A stretch of DNA of 36,785 nt from Octopus bimaculoides (GCF_001194135.2 NC_068984.1:42723344-42760128); one strand, 5' to 3'; positions 11,243 through 23,826 are shown, numbered from the stretch's first letter. Numbers and translations are program-made. The notes: generated by a model from the sequence alone, not told the origin.

Positions 11243-11245
<3 letters not shown>
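10888..11245 (-). mobile_element. SINE family A, near full length with internal microsatellite
   Basis: Minus strand reads head/core, then (TG/CG)n, then the 3' half ending ggtgccctagcatggccacagccaaatgattgaagcaagtgtaag. Confidence 0.85.
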
Positions 11246-11309
<64 letters not shown>

Positions 11310-11322
11310 GTAGATAGATAGA
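11245..11322. repeat. (AGAT)n microsatellite
   Basis: Direct reading. Confidence 0.95.
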
Positions 11323-12373
11323 TATAAATGCGAGTTTGGAGGGCTACATCATCCGGACGGATACTGTAGTGGTTCTCAGTTATGTTCCAGGTTACGGCTA
11401 ACCGCATCGATCAGTATTTAACATTTATGACTACTAATAGACGTCAGTCACTCTGTAAATAACTCGGATGGGTAATTCCGTTTTCGCTTCACTGAGCTGT
11501 AATATTGTCTGCAGAATGTATTAGTAACAATAATAATGATATAGAACATGGAGACTTGTTCATCCTCAAAATTTACTTCCTCTTCTTTTACAATTTATAC
11601 AGCATATTATTATGGTCTGTATGACCTACACGTGTTTCCACTGCACAGATTACGGGCAATAGCAGATGCAACCTGGCCCGATTTTCGGTGCAGTTTCTTC
11701 ATACATGTGTGTGTCTGTGTATCTGTGCGTGTCTGTGTGTCTGTGTTTGTGTCGGTATGTGTGAGTGTACACACATGAATATACATGTGTATATGTGTTC
11801 GAAAACAGGGTATTAGTAAAAAAAATGTATTACTCAATAATGAACTAAGCGAGAGACGACTCAGAGTGCCATCAAGCATGTACATATATATTGTGACACA
11901 TCCTCAACTCAGTGTATTCGAATTACAAAATGTCAATCAAGATTGTATAGAGATTGTATAGAGATAAGAAACCAGTAGTGGGCACGTTTCTCTTCCATGG
12001 GCGTCATCAGTTTAGAGAATTGTTCTAACGTATCTCCAGCAGCCAAAGGACATAGACATATACAGCAGTCCACCAAACGAACTCTGGTAGCAAACAACAT
12101 GTATCTATCAGCTGCTACTAAATTCAAATCAAGACGGACGGATGGGATGGCCTTGAATTCGAAGATTTTAAACTAACGGAGACAACACTTGAATATCACT
12201 TGAGGAATCACAACTGGATCTTATACAAACAAACAGTTGCATAAACAAATACCTATATTTTGGGGGGAACCACGTTGAGTGGAAACAATTGTAGTGATTA
12301 AAAAATGACTGTCCAACCGTACTCCTTCTTGTTGACTCCAATTTCTTCAATTATATATTTATAGCAGTATGTA

Positions 12374-12587
12374 CACGAGGGTCTGCTGGAAAGTTCATGG
12401 CTTTGGGTAAAAGAAAATACAAGAGAATCAGTTATGATTTTATTAAACATATTCCCCTCTCAGATTCACACACTTATGGTAGCGGTCCTTCAGTTTATCT
12501 AAGCCCTGTAAATGAACTCGGAAGATTGGGCCTCCAATCAGGCCTTTCGCGAAACCCTTTAAGCCAGGAACTTTTAAGTACCTCATA
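12374..12587. mobile_element. Tc1/mariner-type MITE, copy 1 (~215 bp)
   Basis: Imperfect TIRs cgagggtctgctggaaagttcatggcttt / taagccaggaacttttaagtacctcata; colinear with 13978-14198. Confidence 0.8.
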
Positions 12588-12590
12588 TTT

Positions 12591-12595
12591 GTGTA

Positions 12596-12667
<72 letters not shown>
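12591..12667. repeat. (TG)n microsatellite
   Basis: Direct reading. Confidence 0.95.
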
Positions 12668-12668
<1 letters not shown>

Positions 12669-13286
12669 TTTCCTACGCATTTTTCCATTACATTAGAAAC
12701 TAATATTAAAATGGTGTCGCTGCTTCCTGAAACGTCTGCCAGAAATATTGGTCACAGGAGAAGTTTAGTGTTCAGGTATTATTTCAAGAAGCCATATGTT
12801 CTTGTACGCAGTGTTGCTTTCCCAATAAATAGGCGGGCTCAACATGGAAGATCGTTGATGGAAAGATTTGGTCAAAATCAAAAGAAAAACAAGTCTGGCA
12901 TGATGCCAAATATAAATACAGTTTCCCTTGTCGGTAATTAGAGCTAAAATGTGTTCTGATGCTATTTGCTTTATTTCTTTTATATATAGTGTCGACATAA
13001 AAGCAAACACGAAAGAACACAACCATCCATTTAGTAACCATTTTTTACCTTCCTTCTCTTCCCCGTCTCTTGCTTTATATTTACTTCTCATTTACTAGCT
13101 AACTCTTTCCATTCTCTAACGCTATTATACATTCTAAGGCTAGCTTTATCGCCCGCTCTACCTTGTTCGATGAATTTCTAGTTTCTTTCTTTCCCTGCAA
13201 AAGTGTCTATTTGCCCGCCTACATATATGCGCGTTTATACCTACATGCATACATGCATACATACATGTGTGAACGTGTGCGTGTGT

Positions 13287-13289
<3 letters not shown>

Positions 13290-13371
<82 letters not shown>

Positions 13372-13612
13372 CAGACAGAGAAGGGAGAGAGAGTAGGGAG
13401 AGAGAGAGAAAAAAGGGAAGGAAAATATGCCTATAAATGTCTACATATATAGGAAGTCACTTATATTTATAAATACATACACACATACATATAAATACAC
13501 ACACACAAGCACACACATAACTGTTAACAAAGAGAAGACAATAAGAAAGAAAGAAAGAAAGAAGGAAAGAAAGAAAGAAAGAAAGGAAAAAGCAAGAAAG
13601 AAAAAGAGAGAA
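13290..13612. repeat. (TA)n-(GA)n followed by (AAAG)n simple repeats
   Basis: Direct reading: 13290-13410 and about 13543-13612. Confidence 0.9.
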
Positions 13613-13977
13613 ACAAACAAACAAACAAAGAGAAATCGTAAGACTAAATGAATACTCTATTAACCAATCAAGATCGCTCTTTCTCTCAAACGTCACTCAT
13701 TCAATCTCCTTTTCGGTCATACACTCAAACATGTTTTATTTCTCTTTTTTAACCACTAATTCTCTCATTCTCTCAATCTAGCTAATAGAAATAAGAGACG
13801 AATATCATTCAAATAACACCCTGCCATCTTAAATAAAGACATAATACATTAGCTTATTTATTCTTAAATGCCCTTTTAAAACATGCTGGTCGTGGTTTTA
13901 AACACCTTTAATCGTGAGGTGGATCTTATCAGAGCTGACGCGGAATTAAACATCAGCAACGTCTCTCACTAACACAA

Positions 13978-14198
13978 TAGGAGGGGGTGCTGAAAAGTTC
14001 CTGGCTTTATGTGAAAGAAAATGCAGAAGGATCAGATAATTATGATTTTATTCGATTTATTCCCCGCTCAGATCCACACACTTATTGTAGCAGCCCTTCT
14101 GTTTTTCTAAGCCCTGTAAAATAATTCGGAAATTTGGGCTTCCAGTCAGGCCTTTCGCGAAACCTTTGAAGCCAGAAACTTTTCGGTACCCCCTCGTA
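13978..14198. mobile_element. Tc1/mariner-type MITE, copy 2 (~220 bp)
   Basis: TIRs taggagggggtgctgaaaagttcctggcttt / gaagccagaaacttttcggtaccccctcgta; TA ends and a CGAGGG terminus typical of mariner elements; no transposase. Confidence 0.85.
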
Positions 14199-14632
14199 TA
14201 TCTCTAATATATAGTAAATATTTTATTTTATAAATAACAGATACATTGATATTTATATAGCGGATATATAACTGTATATCTACAAAGGGAACGAAAAATA
14301 AAATATATCTCACAGAAAACCATACAAGCATACATCGCTACGTACATATATATGTTTATGTGCGTGTGTTTGTGAGTTGGTTGAGCGGTTCAGAATTTCT
14401 ATAAGCGTATTATTTTCATGATTGCCTTATATTAAACTTCAAAAATTAACATCATGTAATCAGCAAATGGACTATCGTGATTGTGTCTGCGCAGGTCATA
14501 TTAAACCTCTCAGAATGGATTTAGCCTTAACATTTTATAAATAATTTTTAACAAAGCAATTGGTATGATGATTTGACCAACATTATAACGACAAAATTAA
14601 CGGGATTATTCCTGATCTTTGTGTGTGCGTGT

Positions 14633-14633
<1 letters not shown>

Positions 14634-14681
<48 letters not shown>

Positions 14682-14815
14682 CACGCATACACACACACAC
14701 CTACGCACATACACACACTCCTACGCGAATACACACACACATTTACGCGCATACACACATACACTTACGCGCATACACACACACTCCTACGCGAATACAC
14801 ATACACATACACAGA
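14634..14815. repeat. (CA)n grading into a ~20-bp CA-derived minisatellite
   Basis: Recurring tacgcgcatacacacac / cctacgcgaatacaca units. Confidence 0.9.
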
Positions 14816-15000
14816 TATGTTGCCTTTGTAAAAACAAAACAATGCAAGTCATAAGAAATAACACAAATCGATGGTTTGTATTTTTACATTGTATTTCAAT
14901 ATTTCGGGATAAGGACTCCTTCCTCAGGAAATTTTAGGAGAAATGTTGTTGTGAGCTGACTTCTCTGTTCTGTAGTGTATGTGTTGCATGAAGGGTTGCA

Positions 15001-15072
15001 TATGTATGTATGCATGTATGTATGTATGTATGTATGTATGTATGTATGTATGTATGTATGTATGTATGTATG
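15001..15072. repeat. (TATG)n microsatellite
   Basis: Direct reading. Confidence 0.95.
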
Positions 15073-15221
15073 TGTATATATACATATGTACGTGTGCACG
15101 TGTACGTATTTAATTATATGTAACCACATGTTTCTATATGTCCCTTACAGCTTTATTTGTATACTAGACTACCCATGACCCATTGTGTCATCAATAGTTC
15201 AAGGTAACCGAAAGAACCACG

Positions 15222-15385
15222 TATTTCGGGAATCCGTGGTCCGATTTACGCGAAACTTCTGTTATTCCGGATGAACTCACATTTCAATGGTACCTTACTT
15301 TGAAAGTATTTTCCCCATCTCGGTATCTCGGTAACCGGGTCGTCCGATTTGCGCAAAAAATGTTTCATCCTATTTGTATTCACAT
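15222..15385 (+). repeat. Two tandem ~65-bp modules (tatctcg..aacc..gtccgatttacgcgaaactt...cacat)
   Basis: Copies at 15222-15286 and 15324-15385; third copy at 16472-16536. They resemble the internal modules of non-autonomous Helitron/Helentron-type elements (recollection only). Confidence 0.7.
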
Positions 15386-15573
15386 GAGCATCCCATTCAT
15401 GACGTCTCCTGCTTTTGTCACTTTCCCTCTATTTCGCCAGACGCTCAGCTCTCCGAGCGTCAAATTCCTGATCTTTCCTGATTCTGTCTCTTTCCTCTTG
15501 CTCTGCCAGACGCTCAGCCATTTGGTTTATTAGTCTCATCGGTCATTCTATTCGCAAGCCTGTCCCAATCTTG

Positions 15574-16034
15574 GGTAAAAATTTCGTAAGGACCCGTTCG
15601 TACTTTGTTGTGAATTAATTCTTTTTTCCACAGGTTTTTTTTTTCGAGCGCATTTAACGTATCTCACCTCCAAAACACATCGCAAGCCACTTTCTCCCGA
15701 GTGGGGACTCTGGAGTTTTCCGGGAGACTCTGAGTCTCTCACAACTCTTCCCCCTTTGTCTCCAGGTTATTTCGCATGCTATCAACGATTGTGTCATCGA
15801 AATCACGAGTAAACGATTCCCAGAAAAGGATAGATTTAGCTGCTATTTCTTGCACGCCCTGCTACCACATAACAGCTATTCCGGATCCTTTATAGCTGTT
15901 ACGTTGTAGCAGGGCGTGCTTGAAATAGCAGCCAAATGTTTGGAGGTGAGATACGTTGAATGCACTCGAGAAAACCTATGTAAAAAATTATTTCACACCG
16001 AGCTTACGATCGGGTCTTTTACGAAACATTTACC
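15574..16034. mobile_element. Fold-back (palindromic) element with ~150-bp arms; left arm interrupted by ~155 bp
   Basis: 15835-15879 pairs with 15892-15936 (12-nt loop); 15574-15680 pairs with 15937-16034. Confidence 0.85.
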
Positions 16035-16082
16035 GTATTTTTAAAGTCATTTTCACTTTGAATTATTTTTTAGATAAGCAAA

Positions 16083-16100
16083 AATAATAATAATAATAAC

Positions 16101-16159
<59 letters not shown>
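16083..16159. repeat. (AAT)n microsatellite
   Basis: Direct reading. Confidence 0.95.
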
Positions 16160-16160
<1 letters not shown>

Positions 16161-16397
16161 TTTAAAAGAAACATTAAAATATTGTCTGTTTAATGGAAGC
16201 TAAAATGTAAATACTTACAGTACAAACAACTTACATTTTTGAAATCACATTCACTTAAATATATTTCTAAATGATTAAAATATTGTGTTTAATAAAAGCG
16301 AAAATAGGAACATTTATTGTAAAAAACAATTCACATTTCTTCGTTGGCAATTTAAAGTCACTAATATGTCTAATGAAACGGTTAGAGTTTCTTCCCT

Positions 16398-16536
16398 TTC
16401 AGGGTAAAGTTATTTTCGGAGTATTTTCCCGTCATGCACCGTTTTGGGTTTTTATACCCCCAAACCCCTAATATCTCAAGAACCAGTTGTCCGATTTACG
16501 CGAAACTTGTTTTATTCCATTTGTATTTACATTTCA
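16398..16536 (+). repeat. Third copy of the 65-bp module plus its agtattttccc linker
   Basis: tatctcaagaaccagttgtccgatttacgcgaaacttgttttattccatttgtatttacatttca; the linker agtattttccc also occurs at ~15305. Confidence 0.7.
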
Positions 16537-16753
16537 GGGGTTTCTGAATTCATAGTATTTTACTATTATGCGCCAGTTTGGCTGTGTAACATTGCAAGCA
16601 AGCAAGATTGAAGTTCATTTTTAATATATTAGAGATATAATCAATCATTAAACTAACTTTATCATACCAACAAACAGTTTCCCTTCTCGCAGTGAATTGT
16701 ATGACACTTTACACTGATGGAACCTCACTTTCAAAACTCACATTCTCGCTCTC

Positions 16754-16759
<6 letters not shown>

Positions 16760-16844
<85 letters not shown>
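16760..16844. repeat. (CT)n microsatellite
   Basis: Direct reading. Confidence 0.95.
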
Positions 16845-16846
<2 letters not shown>

Positions 16847-17724
16847 TTCTCCGCCGCTTAAAATCCATTGCGATCTGGAGCTTTCCAACTTCAGGCATTA
16901 GCATTTTAAATCATAATTGAATGAAATGCAAAAAAAATAAAAAAATAAAAAATAGAGAAATAGGTATTTTAATTCGTTTGCAGTTAATATTGGTACCTCT
17001 TTGTAAAATACAGACGTCTTAGATGCCAAGAAAGTAAAAATAAGTGAATGTTGCATTCATACTTTTCTCAATGGTAAAACGCCAAACTGAAAATAGGAAT
17101 TGACTTTGAGAAGTAATAGAAACTATGTCGTGGAAATTTACATCTTGACACTTTCCACGTTTATTTTTTTTAATATGGCAATAATTTGTCTTCCTGTTCA
17201 TGATAAAATTCCTGTATTAATCTCTTAACGCCATATAATAATTAACTTAACTACTAACCGGTGGGAAACAGTTTAGTACTAATTAGTTTAGATTTCTCCA
17301 TTCAGTTAATATGCAGATTTTTAGAAAAACATTTATTAAAAAATTATTTTTAAACATTTTAAACTGTTGTAAATATAAGTATGGGTGTAACTCAAGGATG
17401 AAGTGTCGAGAGTTACAATCATTCGGTACCATGTATCAAATATCACTGTATAAATGTTCAGGAAAACGCATTCAAGTCTATTCAAGTCGGGAATATTAAA
17501 GATGTCACGTGATTTCGGAATTAGACCTTCAACATTTCTCAACATTACATAACACCACAAAGCAGGAATAATTTGACAAACGTTGCTCGACAAACTTAAT
17601 GGTACTTTTCATATGAGAGCATATTGCAATAGAGTATTTGTGAATAACTATATTTTTCCTGCTGGTGAGAAGTTTTTGTACAAAACCCAAGGCAATATAA
17701 GCAGAGTCAATATACTACCTTTAT

Positions 17725-17930
17725 AAGGTGGCGAGCTGACACGCCGGGCGAAATGCTTTGCGGTATTTCGTGTGTCTTTACATTCTGAGTTAAATTCCGC
17801 CGAGGTTGACTTTTCCTTTCATCCTTTCGAGGGTCAATAAATTAAGTACCAGTTGCGTACTGGGGCCGATCTAATCAATTGGCCTCCTCTCTAAAAAATT
17901 TCGGGCCTTGTGCCTAGAGTAGAAAAGAAT
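17725..17930 (+). mobile_element. SINE family B, full length, with target-site duplication
   Basis: tRNA-like head (ggcgagctg...gagttaaattcc); central gttgacttttcctttcatcctttcgagggtcaataaattaagtacc resembles the Nin/Deu-type SINE domain; TSD aatatactacNttt at 17709-17722 and 17928-17941. Confidence 0.9.
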
Positions 17931-18469
17931 ATACTACATTTTAGAAATATTAATTAAAAAACAGTGTTACAACAGCTTTACATTAGAATAAAAACAAATT
18001 AAAAGTCAAATAAAACTGAAGTATCAACAAAAACAGATCGATTTTATTTATTTTTGTTGGGAAGACCATACCCAACAGCAGGGAAGACTATGCCTAACTG
18101 AATGCTATGCCTAACATTATTTCCTTTGAATAAGTTTACCATTCTGATTATGTAATATGAAAATAACTACGATCGATGTAAGATAAATTTATGACCATGG
18201 GTAAATTAGGTTTATGCCAAATAAAAACAAATGGTAACAAATATTAAAGAATAAGTATAAATAATCTAAAATAATCACAATCACACACACACAGATTTGC
18301 ATATAAATATGCTTCTTATTTCAACAAAAGCTATCTACAGAAAATAACTATATGCAACATCAACTGATATTCATTGGTTCTGAAAGACGATTTATAGAAT
18401 ATATCGTTATCCAACCTTTTTTGTTCTTTGGGTAATGATTGTTTCTCATTTATTCAAAAGGACAGCAGT

Positions 18470-18595
18470 TTGGAGGAGAGGGAATTAGTTGCTACCAGCG
18501 ATTGCAGTACTTGAAAGGAATTTTATTTTATGGATCCTGGAAGAAAGAAACATAAAGGTGACCACAGCGGGATTTGAAATCAGTATGTAAAGAGA
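18470..18595 (-). mobile_element. SINE family B, old degenerate fragment
   Basis: Patchy similarity (ggatcctggaagaaagaaacataaaggtgaccacagcgggatttgaa) to the reverse complement of the family B core. Confidence 0.5.
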
Positions 18596-20682
18596 TGGGT
18601 TAAGATATTTGTCTATTACGTAAAAATTGTTGTGTGTATAACAGTCTCCACTTATAAACCCTTTTTAATGTACTAACTTCTAATCAGCCAGTTATCTTTA
18701 CTTTGCATATTATTATTCAGACTTTCAATAATTATATTACTCAATCCTTCTTCTTAACTGCATTCCTTTTCAACTAATATGTTCATTAATTAAACTAAAA
18801 TAATTCGAAATGAACACTAAGAACTCTTCAAAACCCATCCCACTGAATTCTTCGTTGAGCTTTATGAGAGGTAAAGAGGGCTATAAAAACACTGCCCCTC
18901 ATTAAGCTAACAAATAGAAGCAATTTTTTAAGATTTACAATTCGTACGAAAAATCTAAATAGCATTCATATAACATTGCAGTTAAGAATAACATTACAGT
19001 TAAGATTAAAGCAGATATTTCCTAAAGTTTTACAACTCATGAAGATAAGAGTTATACATTCTCACGGATCAACAGTTTCATAAATAAACGAGATAACGAA
19101 TCTAAATGACTTGCTAGTTGAAAGCATGAAACAATCAACGTCAAAAGTTTCAGATGCCATAAAATACCAAAGGGATTTTTAAGCTTACATGCAATCTTCT
19201 TAAATTTTCTTTTCAGTAAGTATCTAAATGTATACACATAATCCAATACTTTATGTTAGTAATTTAAATACCAGGATGTTGTAAAATGACGAGAAATAGC
19301 AAAGGTGCTGTTTTCAACAAAGATAAACCGGATTACCCTGGGAATTTATTTCAGTCAATCGTATAAAATAGTACTTCAACTTGAAACCACTTCCATTGAC
19401 GGTATGCATTTTACACGATAAAATATAAATGCACAAATAATAATTGCAGGCTATGAGGTTTTCTTCATATTTTAGCTGCAAATTTGTTTTCTCATTTGTT
19501 CTCTAGTTTTGCTTATCTAAGATTGTATTGCTCACAACGAGAAGAAAGAAGTACGGAAAAAAATTGTCATTGAATTGAAGTTTGCCTTTTAATTGGAGAA
19601 AATCATATAAAACTAACTTACAACTATTGTTAGTAATTCACAAAAAGAATTAAACTTTCCTACGTTGGGAGAAAAGTCTGGTCTTTGTTTGGAGGCAACA
19701 TGATAGCCACGGATATAATTTGAAAAGAGTAACGAAACATTCCGATGGAAGTAATTTGCATGATTATAGAAAGTGAGTGTTTAAGGAAATAACTCAGATC
19801 GGATAAATTTAAATAATTCACGTTGATGGTGTTGGACTCAATGATGTACTAATAAAATATTCAATGACTTGAAATTTGCGCCATTAACGAGATTAAAAAA
19901 ATATCTAGCGTCAGTTGTTAGCGGCTGTTAAAGAAGAGGAACAATTATAAGATAATAGGAATTAATTTCGCTCAAAATTAAAGTTTCATACTGAGAGGCA
20001 AAATCTGATCTTGATAGCAGGTTAGATAACAGCTGTGGAGACGTTTTGCTCCTCTTTTTTATGTTTAGTAGATTTAGTACCTCTTTGAATTATCTAAATT
20101 CTTAGCATTACTCCATTTGAATTACAGCGCTTAGGTCACTTTTGAAAATAAAGTAAGAAATAATTTCCCAATAAGCCAAGTCTGGGCAGTGATTACAGTT
20201 CTCAACTGAAGTTATTTTCTCATTAACTATACTGGAAAAGTCTCTAACAACATTCCAAACGATATGACACTCCCAAATTAAACGAGACTGCAACGTTATT
20301 TCATCTACTCTGAGATAATGACATTTGGTAAGGCATGGATATCATAAATCGGGTTCCTATATCATTTTAAGCATTTGGCATGAATGTGTTGTCAAAGTAA
20401 AGGACACATGGTTTCATTGTCGCATGAACATATTTAGCTCTTTAATTTCGAATTGAAAATTCGTGGTTATATCAATAATGGTGTTGAATATCCACACAAA
20501 AAATAGAAATTGGTATTTTATGCAGGTCACGTTGCCTAAATAAACTTGACATACCTCAATAAAAAATAGCTTGAGACATGAAAAGCCTTCAATAAGAGGT
20601 AAACTGTTATGTAAAACTGCTTCCCGAAATAAAGAGTAATGAAATTTTGAGAGAATTCATTCACTTACTTATAGAGCTTCTC

Positions 20683-20714
<32 letters not shown>

Positions 20715-21062
20715 NNNNNNNNNNNNNNNNNNNNNNNNNNNNNNNNNNNNNNNNNNNNNNNNNNNNNNNNNNNNNNNNNNNNNNNNNNNNNNNNNNNNNN
20801 NNNNNNNNNNNNNNNNNNNNNNNNNNNNNNNNNNNNNNNNNNNNNNNNNNNNNNNNNNNNNNNNNNNNNNNNNNNNNNNNNNNNNNNNNNNNNNNNNNNN
20901 NNNNNNNNNNNNNNNNNNNNNNNNNNNNNNNNNNNNNNNNNNNNNNNNNNNNNNNNNNNNNNNNNNNNNNNNNNNNNNNNNNNNNNNNNNNNNNNNNNNN
21001 NNNNNNNNNNNNNNNNNNNNNNNNNNNNNNNNNNNNNNNNNNNNNNNNNNNNNNNNNNNNNN
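20715..21062. other. Assembly gap (N)
   Basis: N run flanked by (TA)n and (TG)n. Confidence 1.
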
Positions 21063-21103
<41 letters not shown>

Positions 21104-21315
21104 ATTGTGTCTGTGCACCCTCACCCCCGACACCGCTTGATAACCGGGGTTGTTGTGTTTGCGTCTCCGTAAGGAAGCGGTTCGGCAAAGGAACCGATAG
21201 AACAAGTAGCAAGCTTTAAAAATAAGTACTGACCTCAGTTCATTCAGCTAAAAATTTAAGGCGGTACCGCAGCATAACTGCAGTCTAATGAATGAAACAA
21301 TAAAAAATTAAAAGA
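21063..21315 (+). mobile_element. SINE family A, internal (TG)n plus 3' half
   Basis: gcggttcggcaaaggaaccgatagaacaagt...aaggcggtaccgcagcataactgcagtctaatgaatgaaaca is homologous to the 3' half of the 10888-11245 copy. Confidence 0.8.
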
Positions 21316-22101
21316 ACTATTTATTAGATTGGAATGAGATATAAAGTTTCATGAACTTAGATTTGAATTTAGAAAGTCGAAACTCTTGTATTTACCGCCA
21401 CACTTTTGCTTTGCTTAGAAAAATAACTCACTTATAAAAGTCGAGAGCAATTCAAAATTTAGTAATCTTATCCAAATGTTGTGTCTCTTAGAACTCCAAA
21501 CAATCCTCAGGGGTGTATGGCATTTACTCTCCCACCTCGAATTAAACATTAGAAACAAATAAAAGTCTCGACAGTTTTCTCTTATTTATTTTCCGGTGCT
21601 TTGCCTCAGCTGACATATTTCTTAAAGCATAACATTTGGTATTTCTAACAAAATAAGTTATGTCGTTGTTTATCTGTTTCTAGAAAAAAAGCTATTAAGA
21701 TATTCTGTGCTTCTTTAACATTGTACGATGACAAACGGAAAAAAATAAAAGAGAAAACGGAAAACTTGGAGGTATCAGGTAAAATCGCTTCTATGAACAA
21801 TGATGGAAAAGTTAGCGAAATACAAAGGGAATCCAACCATAATGAGAGAATCACTCCAAGCGCACGCATGTAAATATACTGAAATGAAGCTTTGCAGAAA
21901 TATTATTTCAATCTAATTATTATAATAAGCTATTCTGTTAGTTTGGCTATAATTAAACACAGAACTTTTCGCCTCGCTGAATACGAACGGCATATTCAAA
22001 AATTTAACACAGTAACAAAAATGATATCTAACTAGATCATAATTATATGTATATTTTTGTGTAATAACCTCATGAAACAATTACGAAATCTTAGCTTTTT
22101 C

Positions 22102-22148
<47 letters not shown>

Positions 22149-22219
22149 ACGTCTGTATATATATATATATATTTACACACATATACATATGAACTTAGAA
22201 GCGTGTGTGTATCTATTTT

Positions 22220-22261
<42 letters not shown>

Positions 22262-22325
22262 ATATATGGAGGGGTGTATATATATATATATATATAAATA
22301 TATATATATATGTGTGTGTGTGTGT
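22102..22325. repeat. (ATCT)n and compound (TA)n/(TG)n microsatellites
   Basis: Direct reading. Confidence 0.9.
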
Positions 22326-22581
22326 ACGTGAAGTCTCATGGCCTGGTGACTGGTATATTCGGGGTGATGAAGCTAGCTCTTCCTTGTGAGGGGATTCAGA
22401 TTTTCTATAATGTCTGCTCGCGTGACTAAAACAATTAGCGAAAGCATGACTACTTATTTATTTTATTGCGTAGAGGCAATATACTACATTCGGAGAAAGC
22501 CATCAACGAACACAGCTTGTAACGTCTTAATAAAGTAAATTGACAGAACTGTTGACAACAGAAATGATATGAGATATGATA

Positions 22582-22743
22582 TCTGAATTTGTTTTAGTCA
22601 TACGATACCTGTCCATGCACACGCACACACACGCACAGATTCTCTCTAACACTCTAACACACACACATTTACTCACACGCACTAGCACATACACACATAC
22701 ACGTTCAACAGGCGCACAGATATATGTGTATGTCTGATGCATG
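22582..22743 (+). repeat. Local direct repeat, copy 1 (partner 24631-24826)
   Basis: tctgaatttgtt..gtcatacgatacctgtccatgcacacgcac...cacgttcaacagg.gcacagatatatgtgtatgt.tgatgcatg is shared. Confidence 0.9.
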
Positions 22744-22793
22744 AATGAAAGTATATAAATACGGAGTCATCTATATACATAATGTATATGTAT

Positions 22794-22841
<48 letters not shown>

Positions 22842-23769
22842 CATACATACATAAATACATACATATAAACGTGCATATTCATACATAACACAGATATAAT
22901 CAATATCTTATGTACATACAGGAAGTATTAGAAAGTATCAAATAAATTCCATGCATTTTGATGTAGACCGACTACGGTTTATATGATGGAAAGCTAATTA
23001 ATACAAATGTATCTTGATGCTTTCTCTCTACAGAGAAAAATATCTATACAGGTTTCGTGGATAATTGGTCACTCTTTAGAAGATTAGCATCCTCGCCATC
23101 TTTTTACTGACGAAGATAAATGAATGCAAAGGATAGTTAAATGAGATACATATCAGCTCCTACTTGAAATGCGAAAATCATCGAAGCGGTTGGTTCTGTT
23201 AAAGCGTTCTGTTCTTCGGGGGAGGAGTGTATCGATGATGTAAACGAGAGGAAGATATCAAAATGATCTGAGCTGGTGGAGTCAAGTCGAAGCGAGTTAC
23301 GCGTGAGCTATGATCCCTTTAATGTGAGATGTAGAGAGTCCACAGTCATTAGCCTTGCAGAGCCAACAATATACAGATTATCACAGGGGCCTTTAAATTT
23401 GCTTACGAAAATAACAGTGGTAATTTCAAGGGAACGGGAGTATGGATCGAGTATTTGAACTGAAACTGGATAGAGTAGTGCTAATGGAACACTCGTTAAG
23501 GCTTCACCAACATTAGGTGTCTCGCCTGGGTTAGGGTGTCTGATTGCTGAAGGACCTGAAACGCATGATGACCTCTAGTAACATCACTAACAATGTGGTC
23601 AGTGCAACTCAAAGTTATGTATGAATGCGCGCGCGCGAGTCTGTGTGTCTGCGTGTGCGTGTGCGTGCATGCGTGCGTGTGTTGTGTGTATGTGTGTGCG
23701 CGCGCGTGTGCATGCGTGCGTGTGTATGTGTTCGTGTTATTCGTTTTATTTTCCAACATCTTTGCAGAT

Positions 23770-23826
23770 TTCGATTATAGGACTGCGGCCATATTGAGGC
23801 AGCACCTTGAAGTATTTTGGTTGATC
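23770..23826 (-). mobile_element. SINE family A 3'-tail fragment
   Basis: gactgcggccatattgaggcagcaccttgaag matches the family A tail in reverse. Confidence 0.6.

Noticed and set aside
11978-12013. Minus-strand CTGATGA...GAAACGTG
   Set aside because: No helix II or helix I, and the cleavage position would be G, which violates the NUH rule.
12711-13091. Overlapping 76-108-aa ORFs in unique-looking sequence
   Set aside because: No recognisable domain or convincing splice context; lengths are within chance expectation.
20108-20293. HCPDLAYW resembling the mariner YSPDLAP motif
   Set aside because: Only four residues match, with no other transposase motifs or TIRs.
23080-23560. Possible decayed APE endonuclease (SSDHFDIFL on the minus strand)
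   Set aside because: A single SDH motif without supporting upstream motifs.
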